Below are positions 53,859 to 64,000 of a DNA stretch of 64,000 nucleotides, in pieces. How positions within the stretch are numbered: the stretch's first letter is position 1; each line of letters opens with the position of its first letter. The DNA lies in the NCBI RefSeq assembly GCF_044647545.1, contig NZ_CP172818.1. One strand, 5' to 3'. The translations under genes and the position numbers were made by a program. This stretch comes from Escherichia coli (lineage in GTDB: Bacteria; Pseudomonadota; Gammaproteobacteria; Enterobacterales; Enterobacteriaceae). Under the pieces are notes generated by a model. The model was not told where the DNA came from and ran no database searches. It saw only the letters and a program-made list of their open reading frames with translations.

Positions 53859-54614
53859 ATGGATCACGCAATTTATACCGCGATGGGAGCAGCCAGCCAG
53901 ACGCTGAATCAACAGGCGGTAACCGCCAGTAATCTGGCCAATGCCTCTACGCCCGGTTTTCGCGCGCAGTTAAACGCCTTGCGCGCAGTGCCGGTGGAAG
54001 GGCTTTCACTGCCCACGCGCACGCTGGTAACGGCGTCAACGCCGGGTGCAGACATGACGCCCGGCAAGATGGATTACACCTCGCGCCCGCTGGACGTTGC
54101 GTTGCAGCAGGATGGCTGGCTGGCCGTGCAGACCGATGACGGTAGCGAAGGGTATACGCGTAATGGCAGCATTCAGGTTGATCCCACCGGGCAACTGACA
54201 ATTCAGGGGCATCCGGTGATAGGCGAGGCGGGGCCAATTGCTGTGCCGGAAGGGGCGGAAATCACTATTGCTGCCGATGGAACAATCTCGGCGCTGAATC
54301 CGGGCGATCCGGCAAATACGGTTGCGCCAGTGGGGCGTCTGAAACTGGTGAAAGCCACGGGCAGCGAAGTGCAGCGCGGTGACGACGGCATTTTTCGTTT
54401 AAGCGCGGAAAGCCAGGCCACGCGTGGGCCGGTACTGCAGGCAGATCCAACCTTGCGTGTGATGTCGGGAGTTCTGGAAGGCAGTAACGTCAATGCCGTT
54501 GCGGCAATGAGCGACATGATTGCCAGCGCGCGGCGTTTTGAAATGCAGATGAAGGTGATCAGCAGCGTCGATGATAACGCAGGCCGTGCCAACCAACTGC
54601 TGTCAATGAGTTAA
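53859..54614 (+). CDS. flgF: Flagellar proximal rod protein FlgF
   Basis: ORF 251 aa. Confidence 0.95.
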   Translation: MDHAIYTAMGAASQTLNQQAVTASNLANASTPGFRAQLNALRAVPVEGLSLPTRTLVTASTPGADMTPGKMDYTSRPLDVALQQDGWLAVQTDDGSEGYTRNGSIQVDPTGQLTIQGHPVIGEAGPIAVPEGAEITIAADGTISALNPGDPANTVAPVGRLKLVKATGSEVQRGDDGIFRLSAESQATRGPVLQADPTLRVMSGVLEGSNVNAVAAMSDMIASARRFEMQMKVISSVDDNAGRANQLLSMS

Positions 54615-54732
54615 TTAAACGATTGATGACATTGCAATAAAAGCGCGCGGACTATTCTCTCGCCCATTTTGGGAGAGGTTAGGGTGAGGGGAAATTCGCA
54701 CCGTCGCGTGCTTCTGCTCTGCTTGTCACTAA

Positions 54733-55533
<801 letters not shown>

Positions 55534-55585
55534 GGCATAACCGGTGGCAGATTCACCGGTTTACTGATTTTTGAAGATGATAGCC

Positions 55586-56284
55586 ATGCAAAAAAATGCT
55601 GCGCATACTTATGCCATTTCCAGCTTGTTGGTGCTTTCACTAACCGGCTGCGCCTGGATACCCTCCACGCCGCTGGTACAGGGGGCGACCAGTGCACAAC
55701 CGGTTCCCGGTCCGACGCCCGTCGCCAACGGTTCTATTTTCCAGTCTGCTCAGCCGATTAACTATGGCTATCAACCGCTGTTTGAAGATCGTCGACCACG
55801 CAATATTGGCGATACGCTGACCATCGTGTTGCAGGAGAACGTCAGCGCCAGCAAAAGCTCCTCTGCGAATGCCAGCCGTGACGGTAAATCTAATTTTGGC
55901 TTTGATACTGTGCCGCGCTATTTGCAGGGGCTGTTTGGTAACGCTCGTGCCGATGTCGAAGCCTCCGGTGGTAACACGTTCAACGGAAAAGGCGGGGCCA
56001 ATGCCAGCAATACCTTTAGCGGCACGTTGACGGTGACGGTTGACCAGGTACTGGTCAACGGCAACCTGCATGTGGTGGGTGAAAAACAGATCGCCATTAA
56101 TCAGGGTACCGAATTTATTCGCTTCTCTGGTGTAGTTAATCCACGCACTATCAGCGGCAGCAATACCGTACCGTCTACTCAGGTGGCGGATGCGCGCATT
56201 GAATACGTAGGCAATGGCTACATTAACGAAGCGCAAAATATGGGCTGGTTGCAACGTTTCTTCCTTAATCTGTCGCCAATGTAA
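55586..56284 (+). CDS. flgH: Flagellar L-ring lipoprotein FlgH
   Basis: Track ORF 55571..56284; the [24 protein letters not shown] start (lipobox LTGC) gives 232 aa. Confidence 0.93.
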   Translation: MQKNAAHTYAISSLLVLSLTGCAWIPSTPLVQGATSAQPVPGPTPVANGSIFQSAQPINYGYQPLFEDRRPRNIGDTLTIVLQENVSASKSSSANASRDGKSNFGFDTVPRYLQGLFGNARADVEASGGNTFNGKGGANASNTFSGTLTVTVDQVLVNGNLHVVGEKQIAINQGTEFIRFSGVVNPRTISGSNTVPSTQVADARIEYVGNGYINEAQNMGWLQRFFLNLSPM

Positions 56285-56295
56285 GTGAGGCTGTG

Positions 56296-57393
56296 GTGAT
56301 TAAATTTCTCTCTGCATTAATTCTTCTACTGGTTACGACGGCGGTTCAGGCTGAGCGTATTCGCGATCTCACCAGTGTTCAGGGGGTAAGGCAAAACTCA
56401 CTGATTGGCTATGGCCTGGTGGTGGGGCTTGATGGTACAGGTGACCAGACAACTCAGACGCCGTTTACCACACAAACGCTTAATAACATGCTCTCACAGC
56501 TGGGAATTACCGTTCCGACGGGCACCAATATGCAGCTAAAAAACGTCGCTGCGGTAATGGTGACGGCGTCACTTCCACCGTTTGGACGCCAGGGGCAAAC
56601 CATTGACGTGGTGGTTTCTTCCATGGGAAATGCCAAAAGTCTGCGTGGCGGTACGTTATTGATGACACCGCTTAAGGGCGTTGACAGTCAGGTGTATGCG
56701 CTGGCACAGGGCAATATTCTGGTTGGCGGCGCAGGGGCCTCCGCTGGCGGTAGCAGTGTTCAGGTGAACCAACTGAACGGTGGACGGATCACCAATGGTG
56801 CGGTTATTGAACGTGAATTGCCCAGCCAGTTTGGCGTCGGGAATGCCCTTAATTTGCAACTTAACGACGAAGATTTCAGTATGGCGCAGCAAATCGCTGA
56901 CACCATCAACCGCGTGCGTGGATATGGCAGCGCCACCGCGTTAGATGCGCGGACTATTCAGGTGCGCGTACCGAGTGGCAACAGTTCCCAGGTCCGTTTC
57001 CTTGCCGATATCCAGAATATGCAGGTTAATGTTACCCCGCAGGACGCTAAAGTAGTGATTAACTCGCGCACTGGTTCGGTGGTGATGAATCGCGAAGTGA
57101 CCCTCGACAGCTGCGCGGTAGCGCAGGGGAATCTCTCAGTAACAGTTAATCGTCAGGCCAATGTCAGCCAGCCAGATACACCGTTTGGTGGCGGGCAGAC
57201 CGTGGTAACGCCACAAACGCAGATCGATTTACGCCAGAGCGGCGGTTCGCTGCAAAGCGTACGTTCCAGCGCCAGCCTCAATAACGTGGTGCGTGCGCTC
57301 AATGCGCTGGGCGCTACGCCGATGGATCTGATGTCCATACTGCAATCAATGCAAAGTGCGGGATGTCTGCGGGCAAAACTGGAAATCATCTGA
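56296..57393 (+). CDS. flgI: Flagellar P-ring protein FlgI
   Basis: Track ORF 56293..57393; likely GTG start at 56296 gives 365 aa (…[18 protein letters not shown] signal peptide). Confidence 0.93.
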   Translation: MIKFLSALILLLVTTAVQAERIRDLTSVQGVRQNSLIGYGLVVGLDGTGDQTTQTPFTTQTLNNMLSQLGITVPTGTNMQLKNVAAVMVTASLPPFGRQGQTIDVVVSSMGNAKSLRGGTLLMTPLKGVDSQVYALAQGNILVGGAGASAGGSSVQVNQLNGGRITNGAVIERELPSQFGVGNALNLQLNDEDFSMAQQIADTINRVRGYGSATALDARTIQVRVPSGNSSQVRFLADIQNMQVNVTPQDAKVVINSRTGSVVMNREVTLDSCAVAQGNLSVTVNRQANVSQPDTPFGGGQTVVTPQTQIDLRQSGGSLQSVRSSASLNNVVRALNALGATPMDLMSILQSMQSAGCLRAKLEII

Positions 57394-58334
57394 TGATCAG
57401 CGACAGCAAACTACTGGCAAGTGCGGCCTGGGATGCACAATCGCTCAACGAACTTAAGGCGAAAGCGGGCGAAGATCCGGCGGCAAATATCCGTCCGGTG
57501 GCCCGCCAGGTGGAAGGGATGTTCGTGCAGATGATGTTGAAAAGCATGCGCGACGCTTTACCAAAAGATGGCCTGTTCAGCAGCGAGCACACTCGCCTGT
57601 ATACCAGTATGTATGACCAGCAGATTGCCCAACAGATGACGGCGGGCAAAGGTCTGGGGCTGGCAGAGATGATGGTTAAACAGATGACGCCAGAACAACC
57701 ATTGCCAGAGGAGTCCACGCCAGCAGCACCGATGAAATTCCCGCTCGAAACCGTGGTGCGTTATCAAAATCAGACGCTTTCGCAGCTGGTGCAAAAGGCC
57801 GTACCACGTAACTACGATGATTCGCTGCCGGGTGACAGTAAAGCATTCCTCGCGCAACTCTCGTTGCCCGCCCAACTGGCAAGCCAGCAAAGCGGTGTGC
57901 CACATCATTTGATCCTCGCTCAGGCGGCGCTGGAATCTGGCTGGGGACAACGGCAAATCCGCCGTGAAAACGGCGAGCCGAGCTATAACCTGTTTGGCGT
58001 CAAAGCCTCTGGCAACTGGAAAGGGCCAGTCACTGAAATCACCACGACTGAATATGAAAATGGCGAAGCGAAGAAAGTAAAAGCGAAGTTTCGGGTCTAC
58101 AGCTCGTATCTGGAAGCATTGTCGGATTACGTTGGGCTGTTAACGCGTAACCCGCGCTACGCCGCCGTGACGACCGCCGCGAGTGCGGAGCAGGGGGCGC
58201 AGGCCCTACAGGACGCGGGCTATGCCACCGATCCTCACTATGCCCGCAAACTCACCAGCATGATTCAGCAGATGAAATCGATAAGCGACAAGGTGAGCAA
58301 AACCTACAGCATGAACATTGATAATCTGTTCTGA
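57393..58334 (+). CDS. flgJ: Flagellar rod-assembly protein / peptidoglycan hydrolase FlgJ
   Basis: Track ORF 57363..58334; the [14 protein letters not shown] start overlaps the flgI stop by 1 nt and gives 313 aa. Confidence 0.93.
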   Translation: MISDSKLLASAAWDAQSLNELKAKAGEDPAANIRPVARQVEGMFVQMMLKSMRDALPKDGLFSSEHTRLYTSMYDQQIAQQMTAGKGLGLAEMMVKQMTPEQPLPEESTPAAPMKFPLETVVRYQNQTLSQLVQKAVPRNYDDSLPGDSKAFLAQLSLPAQLASQQSGVPHHLILAQAALESGWGQRQIRRENGEPSYNLFGVKASGNWKGPVTEITTTEYENGEAKKVKAKFRVYSSYLEALSDYVGLLTRNPRYAAVTTAASAEQGAQALQDAGYATDPHYARKLTSMIQQMKSISDKVSKTYSMNIDNLF

Positions 58335-58339
58335 ATAAC

Positions 58340-58366
58340 TCAAGTCCGGCGGGTCGCTGCCGATAA
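58340..58366 (+). promoter_or_regulatory. Sigma-28 class 3 promoter of flgKL
   Basis: TCAAGTCC-N11-GCCGATAA (5/8 match in the -35, perfect -10) 34 bp upstream of the flgK start. Confidence 0.7.
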
Positions 58367-58399
58367 TACTCTGTAATTGAAGGCTTATAAGGAACCTCC

Positions 58400-60043
58400 A
58401 TGTCCAGCTTGATCAATAACGCCATGAGCGGACTGAACGCGGCCCAGGCGGCGTTAAATACGGCAAGTAATAATATCTCCAGCTATAACGTTGCCGGATA
58501 TACCCGCCAAACCACTATTATGGCGCAGGCCAATAGCACGTTGGGCGCTGGCGGCTGGGTTGGCAATGGCGTCTACGTTTCTGGTGTGCAGCGTGAGTAT
58601 GATGCGTTTATTACCAACCAGTTACGTGCTGCGCAGACGCAAAGTAGCGGCCTGACTGCCCGCTATGAGCAGATGTCGAAAATCGACAATATGCTCTCCA
58701 CCAGTACCTCTTCGCTGGCAACACAGATGCAGGATTTCTTCACCAGCCTGCAAACGCTGGTGAGTAACGCGGAAGACCCGGCAGCGCGCCAGGCGCTGAT
58801 TGGGAAATCAGAAGGGTTGGTGAATCAGTTTAAAACCACCGATCAATATCTGCGCGACCAGGACAAACAGGTCAATATCGCGATAGGTGCCAGCGTTGAT
58901 CAGATCAACAATTACGCTAAACAAATCGCCAGCCTGAACGATCAAATCTCGCGTCTGACAGGCGTGGGGGCAGGGGCGTCACCTAACAATCTGCTGGATC
59001 AACGCGATCAACTGGTGAGTGAATTAAACCAGATTGTTGGCGTAGAAGTTAGCGTTCAGGATGGTGGCACTTATAACATCACGATGGCCAATGGCTACTC
59101 ACTGGTTCAGGGAAGTACGGCGCGGCAGCTGGCGGCAGTTCCTTCCAGCGCCGACCCTTCTCGTACGACTGTCGCTTATATTGATGGGACGGCAGGCAAT
59201 ATTGAGATCCCGGAGAAATTGCTGAATACCGGGTCGCTGGGCGGCATTCTGACATTCCGTTCTCAGGATCTGGACCAGACGCGTAATACGCTTGGACAAC
59301 TGGCGCTGGCATTTGCCGAGGCTTTCAACACCCAACACAAAGCCGGATTTGATGCTAACGGCGATGCCGGTGAAGATTTCTTTGCTATCGGTAAGCCCGC
59401 GGTTCTGCAAAACACGAAAAACAAAGGTGACGTTGCGATCGGTGCAACGGTAACTGATGCCTCCGCGGTACTGGCGACAGATTACAAAATCTCGTTCGAT
59501 AATAATCAGTGGCAGGTCACCCGCCTTGCCAGCAATACCACTTTTACGGTGACGCCGGATGCCAACGGTAAAGTGGCATTTGATGGTCTGGAGTTGACGT
59601 TTACAGGAACGCCTGCCGTTAACGACAGCTTCACGTTGAAACCGGTAAGTGACGCCATCGTCAACATGGATGTATTAATCACTGACGAAGCGAAAATCGC
59701 CATGGCGAGCGCAGAAGATGCGGGTGATAGCGACAACCGCAACGGTCAGGCCCTGCTGGATCTGCAAAGCAACAGTAAAACGGTGGGCGGTGCGAAATCC
59801 TTTAACGACGCTTATGCCTCGTTAGTGAGTGATATCGGTAATAAAACCGCGACGTTGAAAACCAGTAGCGCCACGCAAGGTAATGTGGTGACGCAGCTTT
59901 CCAATCAGCAGCAGTCGATTTCCGGTGTCAATCTCGATGAGGAGTACGGAAATCTGCAACGTTTTCAGCAGTATTACCTCGCGAATGCGCAGGTTCTGCA
60001 GACGGCAAACGCGATTTTTGATGCGCTGATTAACATTCGCTAA
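58400..60043 (+). CDS. flgK: Flagellar hook-associated protein 1 FlgK
   Basis: ORF 547 aa. Confidence 0.95.
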   Translation: MSSLINNAMSGLNAAQAALNTASNNISSYNVAGYTRQTTIMAQANSTLGAGGWVGNGVYVSGVQREYDAFITNQLRAAQTQSSGLTARYEQMSKIDNMLSTSTSSLATQMQDFFTSLQTLVSNAEDPAARQALIGKSEGLVNQFKTTDQYLRDQDKQVNIAIGASVDQINNYAKQIASLNDQISRLTGVGAGASPNNLLDQRDQLVSELNQIVGVEVSVQDGGTYNITMANGYSLVQGSTARQLAAVPSSADPSRTTVAYIDGTAGNIEIPEKLLNTGSLGGILTFRSQDLDQTRNTLGQLALAFAEAFNTQHKAGFDANGDAGEDFFAIGKPAVLQNTKNKGDVAIGATVTDASAVLATDYKISFDNNQWQVTRLASNTTFTVTPDANGKVAFDGLELTFTGTPAVNDSFTLKPVSDAIVNMDVLITDEAKIAMASAEDAGDSDNRNGQALLDLQSNSKTVGGAKSFNDAYASLVSDIGNKTATLKTSSATQGNVVTQLSNQQQSISGVNLDEEYGNLQRFQQYYLANAQVLQTANAIFDALINIR

Positions 60044-60054
60044 GGGGAGATAAA

Positions 60055-61008
60055 ATGCGTTTCAGTACCCAGATGATGTACCAGCAAAACATGCGCGGCA
60101 TCACCAATTCTCAGGCAGAATGGATGAAGTACGGTGAACAGATGTCGACGGGTAAGCGAGTCGTTAACCCTTCAGATGATCCCATTGCTGCATCACAAGC
60201 TGTTGTTCTCTCCCAGGCACAGGCGCAAAACAGCCAGTACACGCTGGCGCGTACTTTCGCCACTCAAAAAGTGTCACTGGAAGAGAGTGTACTTAGCCAG
60301 GTCACCACCGCTATCCAGAATGCTCAGGAAAAAATTGTCTACGCCAGCAATGGCACCTTGAGTGACGATGACCGGGCCTCGCTGGCTACGGATATTCAGG
60401 GGCTTCGTGACCAGTTGCTGAATCTGGCGAACACCACTGACGGTAACGGGCGCTACATTTTTGCCGGTTATAAAACAGAATCCGCACCGTTTAGCGAGGA
60501 GGATGGCAAATACGAAGGCGGAGCAGAAAGTATTAAACAACAGGTCGATGCTTCGCGTTCGATGGTGATAGGGCACACGGGTGACAAAATTTTCGACAGT
60601 ATTACCAGCAACGCGGTAGCGGAACCAGACGGTAGCGCTTCTGAAACCAATCTTTTTGCCATGCTGGATAGCGCCATCGCAGCCCTGAAAACGCCGGTCG
60701 CGGATAGCGAAGCGGATAAAGAAACCGCCGCTGCGGCACTGGATAAAACCAACCGCGGACTGAAAAACTCGCTGAACAATGTGCTGACTGTTCGCGCGGA
60801 ATTAGGCACGCAGCTGAACGAACTGGAGTCGCTGGATTCATTAGGTAGCGATCGCGCTTTAGGGCAAACGCAGCAGATGAGCGATCTGGTTGATGTGGAC
60901 TGGAATGCAACTATTTCATCTTACATCATGCAGCAAACGGCATTGCAGGCGTCGTATAAAGCATTTACCGATATGCAGGGATTGTCGCTCTTCCAGCTCA
61001 ACAAATAA
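60055..61008 (+). CDS. flgL: Flagellar hook-associated protein 3 FlgL
   Basis: ORF 317 aa. Confidence 0.95.
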   Translation: MRFSTQMMYQQNMRGITNSQAEWMKYGEQMSTGKRVVNPSDDPIAASQAVVLSQAQAQNSQYTLARTFATQKVSLEESVLSQVTTAIQNAQEKIVYASNGTLSDDDRASLATDIQGLRDQLLNLANTTDGNGRYIFAGYKTESAPFSEEDGKYEGGAESIKQQVDASRSMVIGHTGDKIFDSITSNAVAEPDGSASETNLFAMLDSAIAALKTPVADSEADKETAAAALDKTNRGLKNSLNNVLTVRAELGTQLNELESLDSLGSDRALGQTQQMSDLVDVDWNATISSYIMQQTALQASYKAFTDMQGLSLFQLNK

Positions 61009-61090
61009 TTTCGCTTTAAAACATATCATGAAACTGGGTATGTTTTGTCTGCCTGCTCTGGGATCGCCGGGGCGGGCATTTTTTTGCCTA

Positions 61091-61800
<710 letters not shown>

Positions 61801-61858
61801 TGATAATTATACAGCACATGTAACGCTAATGTCATTACAGCAAAGATGCTACCCCTGA

Positions 61859-61889
61859 AATAAAAAAGCCCTGGCAGTTACCAGGGCTT
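61859..61889 (-). terminator. Rho-independent terminator of rne
   Basis: aagccctggtaactgccagggctt hairpin followed by ttttta on the minus strand, 19 nt 3' of the rne stop. Confidence 0.7.
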
Positions 61890-61907
61890 GATTGCTTGAG
61901 CTAATTA

Positions 61908-64000
61908 TTACTCAACAGGTTGCGGACGCGCAGGAGCGGCAGAGGCATGATGCGTTGCCGTATGACCACCTGCGGCACCTTTGCCTTCGAAGGCAAAAGT
62001 AGGGCGCTGCCAGTCACTGTGACGCGGTGCCTCCGGAACATATTCCGGTGCCGGAGCGCGCGTCATTGGCGCGGTAGCGTGGTTATGCTCAACGGTGATC
62101 TCTGGTTCAACCGCGGCTACCGTTTCAACTTCTGCTGCGACTGGTGCGGCAGGTTGAGCAACAACTTCAGGTTCAGCAACCACAACCTCAGCAGTTTCGG
62201 CAACTTCTTCAATATCAGCCGTCTCTTCCTGCGGTTCAACTACCGGTTCTGCGTGTTCTGCAACTTCCTGGGCTACGGCAACATCAGACTCGGTAATCAC
62301 CTGCGGCTGTTCAGTTACCGCGGCGGCAATTACTTCAGGATGCGTCGTTTCAGCCATTTCCGGTTGCGGTTCGGCAACCTGAACGGGGGCTTCTACGACT
62401 TCAGCCACTTCTTCAACAACCGGTGCGCTAACAACCGGTTCGACAGCGGCGGCGACAGGGACCTCAGTCACCATCGGCTGCACTTGTACTTCTTCCTGTT
62501 CGCGCTGCTCTTCGACCTGTACATCTTGCGGACGTACAATTGGATAGCGGATCCAGACTTTGCCAGAGGCCAGTTCCGGAGATGCGCACGCTACGGTCAA
62601 CGGCATTGGCGATTGGGTTGGATAACGCTCGTCACGATAGCGACGACGACGCTGACCACTCACGCGCAGGTGACGAGGCGAGCGGCGAGAACGACGCGGC
62701 ATGCCACCGTTGTCACGGTTATCGGCATTGTTCTCTTCTTGCTGTTCTGGTGCAGCTTGCGCTACGACTGGCAGCGGGACTTTCACCAGTTCTGTGCGTG
62801 GAGCTGGCGCTTCCTGAACAATTGGTTCGGCAACGACAGTTTCTTCAACCACCGGTGCGACTACCGCTTCTTCGGCTACGCTTTGCTCGTAACGCACTTT
62901 CTGATTGAGCTGACGCTGTTTACGACGCGGCTGAACCGGACGTACACGTTCTTCCTGTTCGGTTTCCTGAACAGATTGCTCTTCAACATTCAGCGCCTTC
63001 GCTTCTTGTTGCGCCTGACGTTTATCATCGTTACGGCGGCGGCTACGTTCACGACGCGGCGCTTGCTGCTCGTCGGTGGTACGCGCTTTTTCCGTTACCT
63101 CAGCCTGCTGACGGCTCTCACGCGTCTCGGCAGTTTGCTGCTGTGCCTGGCGACGATTACGACGGTTTTCTTCGCGATTATCGCTGCCTTCTGTACGTTC
63201 ACTACGGGAGTCGCGGCGCTCATTACGGTCACGGCGGTTGTTCTGACGAGGCTTGCGACGATCCTGTTGACGTTCCGGTTTCGCTTCTGCTTTCGGTGCT
63301 GGTTGCTCGGCCGGTTTGGTTTCTTCACCACCGCTGAACAGCGCTTTCAGTGCGCCGAAGAAGCGGCTCAACAACCCAGGTTGTGCAGGAGCTGCTGGTG
63401 TTGCCGGTGCAGCTTTAGGTGCTGGGGCTACGACAGGCGCGGCAGGTTCAGCTGGCGTTGGCGCTGGCGGCACATCCGGCATGGCAAAGGTAGCCAGCGC
63501 AGGTTGTTCCGGACGCTTACGTTCAGCGAACTCTTCTTCAGACGGCAGCGCCATCGCTTCTTCATGCAGCTTCGGCAGCATGTAGCTTAAGGTTGGAGTT
63601 TCTTCCCCTTTACGCACGCGCAGCACATGGTAGTGCGGGGTTTCCATCTGATCGTTTGGCACAATCACACAGCGCACGCCGTCCTGACGAGTTTCAATCG
63701 CATTCACTGCAGAACGTTTTTCATTCAGCAGATAAGACGCGATTGGCACAGGAACAATGGCGTGAACTTCCTGGGTGTTCTCTTTCAGCGCTTCTTCTTC
63801 GATCAGACGCAGAATAGAGAGCGACAGCGATTCGTTGTCACGCACGGTACCGGTACCGGAGCAGCGCGGGCAGACGTGATGGCTGGATTCACCCAGTGAT
63901 GGGCTCAGGCGCTGACGGGACATTTCCAGCAGGCCAAAGCGAGAAATATGGCTGATTTGAATACGCGCACGGTCCTGACGCACCGCTTCACGCAGACGGT
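61908..64000 (-). CDS. rne: Ribonuclease E, C-terminal ~697 codons (gene continues beyond window end)
   Basis: Track ORF 61908..63983 (691 aa from an internal Met); ends ...HHASAAPARPQPVE; Arg-rich RNA-binding and acidic/Pro-rich scaffold segments typical of the RNase E C-terminal half. Confidence 0.93.
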   Translation of the reverse strand, partial: RLREAVRQDRARIQISHISRFGLLEMSRQRLSPSLGESSHHVCPRCSGTGTVRDNESLSLSILRLIEEEALKENTQEVHAIVPVPIASYLLNEKRSAVNAIETRQDGVRCVIVPNDQMETPHYHVLRVRKGEETPTLSYMLPKLHEEAMALPSEEEFAERKRPEQPALATFAMPDVPPAPTPAEPAAPVVAPAPKAAPATPAAPAQPGLLSRFFGALKALFSGGEETKPAEQPAPKAEAKPERQQDRRKPRQNNRRDRNERRDSRSERTEGSDNREENRRNRRQAQQQTAETRESRQQAEVTEKARTTDEQQAPRRERSRRRNDDKRQAQQEAKALNVEEQSVQETEQEERVRPVQPRRKQRQLNQKVRYEQSVAEEAVVAPVVEETVVAEPIVQEAPAPRTELVKVPLPVVAQAAPEQQEENNADNRDNGGMPRRSRRSPRHLRVSGQRRRRYRDERYPTQSPMPLTVACASPELASGKVWIRYPIVRPQDVQVEEQREQEEVQVQPMVTEVPVAAAVEPVVSAPVVEEVAEVVEAPVQVAEPQPEMAETTHPEVIAAAVTEQPQVITESDVAVAQEVAEHAEPVVEPQEETADIEEVAETAEVVVAEPEVVAQPAAPVAAEVETVAAVEPEITVEHNHATAPMTRAPAPEYVPEAPRHSDWQRPTFAFEGKGAAGGHTATHHASAAPARPQPVE

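Noticed and set aside
61920-63590. 556 aa plus-strand ORF and several other 60-160 aa ORFs across 61.9-64.0 kb
   Set aside because: They are antisense to, or out of frame with, the confidently identified rne gene. The RNase E C-terminal half is low-complexity and GC-skewed, which suppresses stop codons on other frames. The translations are Arg/Phe/Leu-rich nonsense.

Overview
This 64 kb window is a colinear stretch of Escherichia coli core chromosome in K-12 gene order, running from the 5' part of putA to the 3' part of rne. I recognise almost every ORF by its protein sequence: putA/putP, efeUOB, phoH, pgaABCD, dgcT(ycdT), tRNA-Ser serX, ghrA, ycdXYZ, the divergent curli operons csgDEFG/csgBAC, ymdAB, clsC, opgC, opgGH, yceK, msyB, mdtG, lpxL, trhO(yceA), yceI, yceJ, yceO, solA, bssS, dinI, pyrC, dolP(yceB), grxB, mdtH, rimJ, yceH, yceM, murJ, the flagellar region flgNMA/flgBCDEFGHIJ/flgKL, and rne. 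I did not find a convincing undescribed biological system: there is no CRISPR array, integrase, transposase, prophage or defence-island-like gene cluster. The things worth a second look are (1) a roughly 560 bp homopolymer-rich, non-coding tract between flgL and rne that looks like a sequencing or assembly artefact rather than biology, with a GNAT-like ORF remnant beside it; (2) the ycdT-serX junction, where the ORF reads straight up to the tRNA terminator and the IS3/ymdE/ycdU segment I recall from K-12 is absent; and (3) an intact efeU, which I recall as a frameshifted pseudogene in K-12. Several textbook regulatory sites are directly visible (PutA operators, Fur box, Pho box, LexA box, PurR box, two sigma-28 promoters, the CsrA-targeted pga leader). 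All identifications rest on reading the sequence and the ORF track against remembered E. coli proteins; no database search was run.
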